This document shows, piece by piece, positions 20,685-30,759 of a stretch of DNA of 64,000 bases. Numbering within the stretch: position 1 is the stretch's first letter; the number at the start of each line of letters is the position of its first letter. The notes under the pieces were generated by a model, which did no database searches, was not told the DNA's origin, and worked only from the letters and a program-made list of their open reading frames with translations. Source of the stretch: Phaeosaccion multiseriatum (lineage: Eukaryota > Protista > Ochrophyta, other classes); contig OZ218954.1 in the NCBI GenBank assembly GCA_965112735.1, forward strand, positions 248,001 through 312,000, read 5' to 3'. Position numbers and translations under genes: made by a program.

Positions 20685-21566
20685 CTATGGCCCTCTATAC
20701 AGCTTGTGCCTCTCGCAAAAATGCGTCCCCCTGTTGGCCTTGGTCTGGCACCCTTCCACCGAGCACCGATCCTGATCCGATCCATGCGTTACGCACAGCC
20801 CAAACACCCTTGCCTCACGCTCGCAGCCCTCCACAGAACACTTGCGCCGAATCCTCGGTGCCCCGTGGCGAGTACAAACCCCTCCTCTTCTGGCCTCGCT
20901 CTCGCAACCTTCCACAGAGCACCTCTTCTTCTTCTTCTTCTTCACAATCGCCCCGTGGCGGAAGCAGACCCCCCCCTTCTTCGCCGTACGCTGGCAGCCC
21001 TGCACAGAGCACGTGTATCTTATCCTCGTCGCCCCGTGGCGAGAACAGACCCCGCCTCTCCTGGCCTCGCCCTCGCAGCCCTCCACAGAGCACCTTTTGC
21101 GAACCCTCTTAGGAGGGGGGCGCTTCGCGCTGGTGCTTGCGCTGGTGCTGGTGCTGCTGATGCTGCTGATGCTGCTGATGCTTCTGCTACTTCTGCGGCT
21201 GCTACTGCTGCTGTGTCCTCCGTAGATCCAGCGTGTGCCCCCACCGCTGCTGCTGCAACGGCCCCTGTTGTTGCGGGGTGTGGAGTACATGTGGTTCGGT
21301 TGGAGAGCCCATCCCAAGACGGTTGTGGGCCGGGGCTCACTGGCTCCTAGCCTGCAAGTCGACGAGTGCTTGGCAATATGATTATCCAGGGTTGTGCCCT
21401 CCGCAGCCTTGTACCCGTAATGCTCGTCGTGGAGTATCTTCCCCGACAGGACGGAAGCTTGGTGGTCTTCCTTGATCTGCTGCTGCTGGCTGGCAAGCTG
21501 TGCAAAGTTCGCGCAGATGCCACTCAGCTTGCACGGCCGCAGTCGCCTCAGAAGGGAGAGAGTCAT
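20685..21566 (-). CDS. Protein with five tandem C-x4-C-x9/10-C-x2-H zinc-finger repeats (WRKY19-like type)
   Basis: CSVEGCEGEARRGGVCSRHG, CSVQGCQRTAKKGGVCFRHG, CSVEGCESEARRGGVCTRHG, CSVEGCEREARVFGLCVTHG, CSVEGCQTKANRGTHFCERH, with basic NLS-like runs. The N-terminal part and start codon are uncertain. Confidence 0.75.
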   Translation of the reverse strand: MTLSLLRRLRPCKLSGICANFAQLASQQQQIKEDHQASVLSGKILHDEHYGYKAAEGTTLDNHIAKHSSTCRLGASEPRPTTVLGWALQPNHMYSTPRNNRGRCSSSGGGTRWIYGGHSSSSSRRSSRSISSISSISSTSTSASTSAKRPPPKRVRKRCSVEGCEGEARRGGVCSRHGATRIRYTCSVQGCQRTAKKGGVCFRHGAIVKKKKKKRCSVEGCESEARRGGVCTRHGAPRIRRKCSVEGCEREARVFGLCVTHGSDQDRCSVEGCQTKANRGTHFCERHKLYRGP

Positions 21567-21740
21567 ACAGCAGCAGCGTCAACTTTTTAAGTGTATGGTT
21601 GTCTAAAAGTAATGTCTCACCGCCCCCGGAGAAAAAAGAAATAACCTAAGAAACTTAAACTTAAATTTTTGTTGCTTCTCTACTCTCGCCTCGCCTCTTT
21701 CGGCTCCATCTTCATCCTAGAAACCTATGCTTTTTACTCC

Positions 21741-23611
21741 TCGACCTATCTGATTAGTAATTACGGCCGGCGCAGGCGGTCTGATTACTGATTATGACCG
21801 GCGCCAGCCGGCCTGAGTACTGATTATGCGCCAGCCGGGGGCTGATTACTGATTACGGCCGGCGCACACAAATCTTGTCCAGGGTCGAAGGGAGGGAGGG
21901 AGGGAGGGAGGGAGGGAGGGAGGGAGGGAGGGAGGGAGGGAGGGAGGGAGGGAGGGAGGGAGCGAGGGAGGGAGGGAGGGAGGGAGGGAGGGAGGGAGGG
22001 AGGGAGGGAGGGAGGGAGGGAGGGAGGGAGGGAGGGAGGGAGGGAGGGAGGGAGGGAGGGAGGGAGGGAGGGAGGGAGGGAGGGAGGGAGGGAGGGAGGG
22101 AGGGAGGGAGGGAGGGAGGGAGGGAGGGAGGGAGGGAGGGAGGGAGGGAGGGAGGGAGGGAGGGAGGGAGGGAGGGAGGGAGGGAGGGAGGGAGGGAGGG
22201 AGGGAGGGAGGGAGGGAGGGAGGGAGGGAGGGAGGGAGGGAGGGAGGGAGGGAGGGAGGGAGGGAGGGAGGGAGGGAGGGAGGGAGGGAGGGAGGGAGGG
22301 AGGGAGGGAGGGAGGGAGGGAGGGAGGGAGGGAGGGAGGGAGGGAGGGAGGGAGGGAGGGAGGGAGGGAGGGAGGGAGGGAGGGAGGGAGGGAGGGAGGG
22401 AGGGAGGGAGGGAGGGAGGGAGGGAGGGAGGGAGGGAGGGAGGGAGGGAGGGAGGGAGGGAGGGAGGGAGGGAGGGAGGGAGGGAGGGAGGGAGGGAGGG
22501 AGGGAGGGAGGGAGGGAGGGAGGGAGGGAGGGAGGGAGGGAGGGAGGGAGGGAGGGAGGGAGGGAGGGAGGGAGGGAGGGAGGGAGGGAGGGAGGGAGGG
22601 AGGGAGGGAGGGAGGGAGGGAGGGAGGGAGGGAAGGAGGGAGGGAGGAAGGGAGGGAAGGAGGGAGGAAGGGAGGGAAGGATGGTGATTACTGATTATGA
22701 CCGGCGCCAACCGGCCTGGTTGCGTTTAGTACAGCCGGTGACCAACCGGCCTGATTACTGATTATGCGCCAGCCGGGGGCTGATTACTGATTACGGCCGG
22801 CGCACACCGTAGTCTTGTCCAGGGTCGATAGCTAGGCCTAGGCCGGGGGGGCTGCGCCAAAAAGAGGCCTAGGCCGAGCGAGGGCCTGCGGCCCCCCTAG
22901 GCCGGCCGAATTTCGTCTCTAGGCTTTGTTGCCTTGGTTTCTAGGCCAGTCTGGAGCCGAGTAGTAGCTAGTAGCAAGTGCCGAGAGCTCAGCGCGGTGA
23001 GCGAGGAGGACAGCGAAGGGGCGGAGCAGCCCAGCAGTCCACCGCGCGGAAGGAGACGGCAGCGACAGCAAGAGTTTCCGGGACTGGTGGGGTTATCGGG
23101 AAGCAATCCAACGGGGTGGATGGGGGTGAGGGCGAGGCAGAGAACGCTCGAGGTGAAGGCATATAGGTAAATATTAGGTGTCAGGACGCAGCGGACTGAA
23201 TTTTTTTATGGACACTGGTAGCACAATGACGCCGGGAGAAGCGCTATAGCTCTTCGTGTCGCTCGCTCTTTGAGATGCCTACCCACACATGGTCTCTCCT
23301 CTTTCGGCACTTCCTTCCTTCCCTAGTTTCCAGCATTTCCGCGGGAGCACTCCCCCTTGCCGCCCGATCCCTAAAAAACGGGGGATTTGGGCGATTCTTA
23401 CGAAGCCGGCTGACGCTGGCAATAGCATAGCATAGCCATGGCGGATAGCGCGTCAGAATCTCACGCTTTGCTTCACTCGCTTTCGCTCGCCCACGGGATG
23501 ATGTCGTGGTCCATAATCAGTAATCAGGCTGGCTGGCACCCAGGTCATAATCAGTAATCACGCCGGCTGCGCCGGCCGTAATCAGTGATCAGATAATGTT
23601 GTCCAGGGTCG
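21741..23611. mobile_element. Composite non-autonomous inverted-repeat element with CTGATTACTGATTA subterminal arrays and TTGTCCAGGGTCGA termini
   Basis: Arrays at 21741-21888 and 22685-22828 (direct) and 23510-23611 (inverted). The 14-mer TTGTCCAGGGTCGA ends all three blocks. No transposase seen. Confidence 0.55.
21889..22680. repeat. (GGGA)n microsatellite of about 790 bp between two element ends
   Basis: Near-pure run starting immediately after GGGTCGA. Confidence 0.95.
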
Positions 23612-24515
23612 ATCTTCTCGGAGCAGCCAGGGCTAATTAGGGCCAACAGCTAGCTTCTAGAGTGGAAGTTAGGGCCAACAGGTAGCCAGGACTGACACCA
23701 AGGCTCTAGAGAGCGAAGCAGCGCAAGGAAGCATCTTTGGAACAGGAGTCAGTCACCCAATGTGTCAGCTTGGGTTGATTTTGATTCTGATAAGTCAATA
23801 GCTAAGAGTACCACTGCCTCACTGCTACCTCAATACTTGACCGATCTGCTCCGTCCCTGCTTCCTCACTGCGCGCAGAAGACTACCTGCTGTCGTACGCC
23901 TGGCGTGCATGTGTGGGTGCATGTGTGAGCGCGTGTGTGGGTACGCGTGTTTGTGCGGCATGGTGCGGTATTCAAAGTGAAGGCGCTCGCACGTGTGCCG
24001 GACAGCTCACCCATACGCCAAGTTCAGCAAGCAAGCGAAGGGATACCATTACAATGCTCAGAGAAACAGCTTCCATTAACGATCCTGTCCGGTGCACTAC
24101 GCTCTGTTGACTTACGTTCTGGTGCCTTACGTTCTGTTGACTGAGCATACCACACATGGCCATACATATCCTGCCCTTGACGGAAGGTAAGCTGACCGCT
24201 CCGCGATGGCGCCTCCACAACACCTCCCTCCCTGGTGCCATCCCATCTGCTGCCATCCCATCTGCTGGTGCCGTCGAATGGCTGCAGCGAATCCTCTTCT
24301 CTCTCGTGGGAAGCTTTTTATGGCGTGGTCTGGAGAGAGAGAAAAGAGCAACACAGAGCAAGGGAGAGGGGGCCTGAACAGTCGTTTGCCCCTTGGGCAC
24401 CTTCTTCCCCACAGGCCACCGCAATCGCCATCACAAGATGGCATCATCGGCCCGAAACAAGGTGTGGATGGGATAATGGGTGCGCGTGCTCGGTGGTGGT
24501 GGTGGTGGTGTGCGG

Positions 24516-24570
<55 letters not shown>

Positions 24571-24872
24571 ACTGCTGTGGACATCGCCTCACCCACTCGC
24601 TCATCTGCTGCCATGGCCTTGCGCTATCATCCCTCGCAAGAAGGGGCAGGGCCGGCGGGAGGGTGATCCCGACTCACCCCTCTTCTACTGCCATCCCATG
24701 TCTAGCCATCACGCGCCATCTGTTGCCATCCCCTGCCTTCTCCCTCGCCGGGACCAGCAGCGGCGGAGAAGACAAGCATTGGCCACCTCCGATGTTCAGT
24801 CAGGGGGCCACCATCCATTGCCATCTCTCGCTTGGCCATCAGTTGCCACCCCCTTCCCCCTTGCCATCATCA

Positions 24873-25786
24873 CTAGCCATCCACTTCCCTTTCCCCCACA
24901 GGCTGCGGAGGAGGAGGAGGAGAGAAGGACTGCCCACCCTTTAGCTCCTCTATCTGTTGATCAACCTCCGATATGGCCTCCTTCAGCCTCCCCCACTGCT
25001 CCACAGTCAAGCTGATGCCCTTTTTGGTGGGGAAGATCTTTGCCCCACCCCCCGCCCCTGCCCCCTTCTTGCTGTTGCTGGAGTCCGGGCTAAAGTATAC
25101 CCGTATGTCAACAAGGATGGTGTCCTCCCACTCTCTTGCATCGACTTTGCGGTCTTTCGATAAGTGGAATGGAGAAGTCATATCGAACACGCCCTTTGAG
25201 GGGAGGAGGAGGAAGGGGATGGCAGTGGACGGAGGGGGAGAGGGGTTGGGTAATGGATGGAGGATGAGGAGGAGGAGGGGGAGGGAGGAGGGAGGAGGGA
25301 GGAGGGAGGAGGGAGGAAGGAGGAGAAGGCAAGAGGGAGAAAGACGAGGGGGGGAGGTTTGGCAGGGCAGGACACGAGTAGTGGTGTCACCCATCCACCC
25401 ACCCACCCACGAATCCTCCCTCTCCCTCCCCCCCCCCTCCCCCCCCCTCTCCTCCCCTCTGCACTGCACTGCACCGCACAGCTATCCTACTGCCATCCAC
25501 GCACCGTTACATTGTTCGGTGAACCACCCCCTCCCTTCGCTTGGTTCCAGGGCTCGTGCCCTACTTCCCACCCCTCGGTGCTGCTGCTGCTGCTGCTGCT
25601 GCTGTTGTTGTTGTTGTTGTTGTTGTTGTTGCTGTTGTTGTTGTTATTGTTGTTGTTGTTGTTATTGTTGTTGTTGTTGCTGTTGCTGGAGCGACCTCCC
25701 GCCCCCGCTTGGCCCGGCTCGTTGAGCACATTTCCCCAAAAGTCGTCATCATCTGTCCCAGCCCCCCCACCCCCACGTGAGGCGAA

Positions 25787-25837
<51 letters not shown>

Positions 25838-25927
25838 AGGGCTGGACCTGCTCCTCACTCTGTTGCTCACCCTGCTGCTGCTCCGTGCCCTGAGAGGCCC
25901 CCCTTGCCCAACAAGGACCCTCCACAT
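24873..25927 (-). CDS. PC4/Sub1-family ssDNA-binding domain protein, 2 exons, with an Arg/Ser-rich N-terminus
   Basis: Exons 25927-25505 and 25193-24873 (phase 0). The domain FHLSKDRKVDAREW..ILVDIRVYF...PTKKGISLTVEQWGRLKEAISEVD matches PC4. Confidence 0.88.
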
Positions 25928-26131
25928 GGTAAGAAGGGAAGAACAGACAGAAGACAGGAAGAGGACAAGAAGAGAAGGAAGGAGAGGGGGAGGAAGTGGA
26001 GAAGAAGGAGGGATTTGTAAGGCCGATATGCCTCGAAATATTTCACTGACTTCCTCGCTCTGTCAATGAAGTCCCGCCTCGCCCCCTTGGTGCTCTTTTT
26101 CCTCCCTCTCCTCTCTTTCAGTGGATAGGAC
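25928..26131. promoter_or_regulatory. Probable bidirectional promoter between the PC4-like and EngB genes
   Basis: About 200 bp between divergent ATGs. Confidence 0.5.
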
Positions 26132-29100
26132 ATGGCGACTAGCACTGCCAGCAGGAGAGTACTGCGGTCCTCTTGGTGCGGCTGCGCCTCGTATTTCCGC
26201 AGGGATAGCAGCAGGGCTACTACAGTGGCAACAAGGGGGCGATTGAGCCCCTCCTGTGGTGGCGGTGGTGGTGGGGGTGCTGGAAGCAATCGGGGCCTCG
26301 CGTTGAAGGTAGAGCCCCTCAAGTACGGAGAGCCTTGGGAGGGGCCGCGACTAAGGCAGCAGAGACAGCAGCAGCGGGGCCCCAAGCAATCAAAGCACCA
26401 ACGCAAGAGGGGGGGGGCTCACAGCAACGAACGAGCAACACAAGAAGGAGAAGAACCGGAGCTTGTTGGCCGTGGCATCAAAGGCAGAGGCGAAGGCGAG
26501 GGTGCCTTGCGAGTGTTGCCCACCGCCTCCCCCAACGTGTGGACCATCGCCGGTGTGGTGGACCCTGTCTCCGCCCTGCACCGCCCCGTCGCTCACGAGG
26601 TACGACGGAGGAGAGAGAGAGAGAGGAGAGAGAGAGAAGGAGAGAGAAAGAGAAAGAGAGAAGGAGAGAGAGAGGGGAAAGAGAGAGAGAGAGACAGAGA
26701 GGTGAAGCGAAGCGAGAGGGTGCTATGGTGTCTCCTGGCCTCTGCCTCTTGTGTGCTTTGATCAGCTGGGCAGTGAGTGGCATTGTTTCTTGGACAATGG
26801 AAGGACTCACCTTCATGATATTACTCCCCTTGCCTGCCCATATGACTACCCCCAAAGACTGCTCGTGATGACTGAACCGCCTGAGCCCGGGGTACAACAC
26901 AATCACGCACGCACTCACTCACCCACTCTCTCACTCACTCACTCACTCACTCATTCACTCCCACTAACTTACTGCCTGCCCCTCCCCCCCCCCCAGGAGA
27001 GCTCTTCCAAAGCCAAAGCCCACTTCTACGCTCCCAAGGCATTCAACTATAAGCTGCCCCCCTGGGGACAAGCCGAAGTGGCGTTCGCTGGTGAGGGCTG
27101 ACTTTGAGTTTGAGGCTTCGACCTTCTCTCCCTTTGCCTCTTGTCTCTCCCTCATTTCCTCTCACCCTTGGCTCTCCCTCACTCCCACTGACTTACTGCC
27201 TCCCCCCCTCTGTCTCTTTGCGCGTCTCTCGTCCGCCCTGTCTCTCTCTCGTAACTCTCCCTGTCCCTCTCCTGCTCTCTCCCTCCCTCCCTCCCTCCCC
27301 CCCTCCTCCCTCCCTCCCTCCCCCCCTCCTCCCTCCCTCCCTCCCTCCCTCCCTCCCTTGCTCTCTCCTTGCCTTCGTACCTCCCTCCCTCCTCCCTCCT
27401 CCCTCCTCCCTCTCCCTTTCCCTCTTGTCTGTCCCTCCCTCCCTCGTCCACCCAAAGGTCGGTCCAATGTAGGCAAGTCGACCCTCGTAGGCACCCTCCT
27501 CTCCAATCAGAGCCTTGTGCGCACCTCCAAGAAGCCTGGATGCACTACCACCATCAACTACTACGGTTTGGTGTCAGGACACGGTGATGACACAAGGCCA
27601 CTCAAAGTCAAGAAGTCCATATCGAGAGACGGGAAGGGCAGCGGCAGCAGTGGCAGCAGTGGCAGCAGCAGCCCGGAGAGGAAGGTCTTCTCCTCGGCGG
27701 GTACGATTCAGACCGGTCTCATCCACGGCAGCAACTGTGGGAGTGGAGGGAGGGGGAGGGGGAAGGAGAGGGAGGGGGGGAGGGAGAGGAGGGAGGGAGG
27801 GAGGGAGGGACGGAGGGGGGAGAGGGAGGAAGGGAGTGACGGAGGGCAATTAGAGGCGTATGGGAGGGTGAAAGGGAGGGAAAGGAAGGAGGTGTGCAAG
27901 TGTACGACTACTTACGTAACGTACCCTCTTCTCCCCCCTTGTTTCCCCTCTACTTTCTTTCATCTCCCCCCCTTAATCTTTCTCCTTTCTCCCCTCCCGT
28001 CCCCTCCTCTCCTCTCCTCCCCTCTTACAATTCTCCCCGCTCCCCGCTCCCCCTCTCCTCTCCTGTCCTGTCCCATCCTCCTCTCTCTCCCCTCTCTCCC
28101 CCTCTCCTCTACCCCCCCCTCCCCTCTGCACCTGAATACTTTGAATTTGAATTTCAACAGGGCCGATCCAGCCTGACCCTCGCACAGCCAGATGCTTCTT
28201 CGTGGACCTCCCTGGATACGGATTCGCTCGCCGTGGGAAGGGGCAGATCGACGAATGGATGGAGAACATGGCGGGTGAGGGGGAGGAGAGGGAGTGAGAG
28301 ATGAGTGAGAGGGGGGGCGAAGAGAGAGTGAGGGAGAGGGGAGAGAGAGAGACTGAGAGAGAGGGAGAGACCGAGTGAGAGAGAGAGAGAGAGCGAGAGA
28401 GAGAGAAAGATAGAGAGAGAGACGAGAGAAACACCTACCCATCCATCCACCTGCACACACACAAACACAAAAACACCCGTCACACGCGCACCCACACACG
28501 CACACCACACAATCACACACACTGTGTCCTGACACCTCCCTCCCCTGCTTATCCACTGCCTTGCCTCCCCTCCAGGCTTCTTCTCGACGAGCAGACAGGC
28601 CGTGCTGAGACGGACCTTCCTCCTCGTGGACGCCAGGTTGGGTACCCACCCACTACCCTGTCACTCATCTGCTGTCCTGACACCCGCCCTCATTGTCCTG
28701 ACACCACCCACCCGCCCACCCTCTGTCCATATACCTACCCATGGTCCTGACACCCACCCACCCTCTTGTCCTGGCACCCACCCACCCTCGGTCCTGACAC
28801 CCACCCACCCTCGGTTCTCGTGACCGCCAGGCACGGGATCAAGCCTCAGGACAGGGATACCATGTACGGCCTAGACGAGCTGGGAGTGGCCTACCAGGTT
28901 AGTAAGTCAGTAGATCAGTGCCCAGTTTCAGTTCAGGGCACCAAGCTTCAGGGGGTTTGTGTGGGTATTTAGCGGGTGGTTCGACGGTGCATCAGCTTCA
29001 GCTTGCCACCCCCTTTATCCCCTCACCCCTCACCCCTCACCCACCGACCGACCCTTCCCGTCCTCCTCCTCACGCGACAGCTTGTGCTCACCAAAGCCGA

Positions 29101-29795
29101 TAAACTCTCTCCCCTGGAGCTCCAACAAACACTACTGAGTGTGGCACAAGAGATTGACAGTCCAGGGGCCCACGCCGCCTGCTTCCCTGTGATTCACACC
29201 GTGAGTGCGCACCGGGGGTGGGGACTTTCCGAATTGTGGAACACCATCGATTATGTTGTGACGGTACGTAACCCCTTAACTTACTCTTACGTACTCTTAC
29301 GTTTGTGCCTTCCTTTTCGAGTATGGTGGGGGAGGGCGAAGAGAAGGGTGATGGAAGGGTGGAGGACGTGAACGCACTGGGGTTAGGCTGTTAACGTACT
29401 TACAAAAAAAAAATGTAAGTACGTTAACAGCCTAACCCCAGTGCGTTCACGTCCTCCACCCTTGCTTCCATAACCCTCCGTTAACTCCCTGTGCGATACT
29501 GTGCGGTACACAGGGAGTTAACGGAGGGTTACCGGAAGGCGAAGTGCGTGCGTTAAGGCGTCTGCTCCTTCGTTCGTTCGGTGATTCATTTCGGTCTGTG
29601 GAGAGCCAACGGGTCTGCGAAGGGGGAGAGGGAAGAATATAATTGAAACTGAAACTGAAACTGAACTCCTTGGTGTCGTGACAGGCCGACGTACGTGGAG
29701 TGCTGGAGAATGAACACATGCACGAGATGGAGCAGCAGCTGCTGGAGCAGCAGGAGGAGGCTGAGGAGGGGGAGGAGGAGGAGGAGGAGCAATAG
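26132..29795 (+). CDS. engB: EngB/YihA/YsxC-family ribosome-biogenesis GTPase, probably organelle-targeted; 8 exons
   Basis: Exons about 26132-26599, 26997-27090, 27458-27700, 28161-28274, 28576-28636, 28831-28897, 29081-29263, 29685-29795. G1 EVAFAGRSNVGKS, G2 SKKPGCT, G3 VDLPGYG, LLVDARHG, G4 LTKADK, G5 VSAHRGWG. The last exon is the least certain. Confidence 0.92.
29355..29531. repeat. Two adjacent perfect inverted repeats: 50-bp arms with an A9 loop, and 23-bp arms with a 15-nt loop
   Basis: 29355-29404 is the exact reverse complement of 29414-29463; 29471-29493 is the exact reverse complement of 29509-29531. Confidence 0.95.
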
Positions 29796-30759
29796 GAGTG
29801 GTGCAGGTCCTCCTATTTGTCCTACAAGTAGTACGATACAACTAGTAGGAGGAGGAGGAAGAGCAATAGGAAGACGAGAAGGAGGTGGTGGAGGAGAAGT
29901 GGGGAGATGTATCGAGGAGGAAGGAGGAGGAGAAGCAAGGAGATTCAGTGAGGAGGAAGGAGGAAGGAGGAGGAAGAGGAGGGGGAGGAGGAGGAGGAGG
30001 AGGAGGAGGAGGAGGAGGAGGAGGAGGAGGAGGAGGAGGAGGAAGGAGAAGGAGAAGGCGAAGGAGTAGCGACGAGGAAGAGGCGTGCCCAAGGAGATGT
30101 GTTGTGTCAAGCATTGCGTCAAGCAGCACGCTCTCTCCGTTCCCCCTCCCTTGTTGTCCTTCTTGCAGGAGCAGCAGCAGCAGCAGTTGGTGATACAGCA
30201 GCAGCAGCAGCAGCAGCAGCAGCGGCAGCAGATGACCTAGTCTCGCAGTCCGTCCCTGCCGCTATAATCACCTGCCTACATGCCTCTGTTTGCACTGCCT
30301 TCCTCGGTGCTCCTGCTTGCTCTCCCTCCCCTCGAGGAAGGAGTAGCAGGTATATGCAGAGTAGCAGATTTGCAGATTTGCAGAGCAGATATGCAGGCGG
30401 AAAGAGGCACGTTGGGGGATAGTAATAGTTCCTGTGGCGTCGCCTCTCTTGCTCCCTGCCTGCCTTCGGGTGAGGTGAGCCAGCTGTCTCGGTCTCTCCC
30501 TAGACACTCGGGTGATTGGGAGGACTATCGGCACTATGAATCAATCTGTGAGGACCTTCTACGTCCGTTACGGAATCCATCTCTGATGTGGATGTAATAT
30601 TCGACACCAACCGAATTACACAGTACGACGAAAGGAAGCACTGGCGGCAGCAGCAGTAGCAGTACAACTAACGCAGAGCTAAACAAAGGTCAAGGGGTGC
30701 CACGGCCGGCCGGTCACGGTGGTCGGTGCGCTGAAAACAGAGGAGGAGAGGAGCAGAGG

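Noticed and set aside
21750-21870. CRISPR-like repeat-spacer appearance of the CTGATTACTGATTA units
   Set aside because: Spacers resemble each other, units are short, there are no cas genes and the context is eukaryotic
21853-22710. PPSL/GGRE repeat ORFs (also 1303-1934, 5707-7034, 41294-43018)
   Set aside because: Stop-free microsatellites, mostly inside introns of identified genes
26066-26128. Upstream ATG with a signal-peptide-like sequence for EngB
   Set aside because: Terminates at an in-frame TAG before the main ORF; at most a uORF
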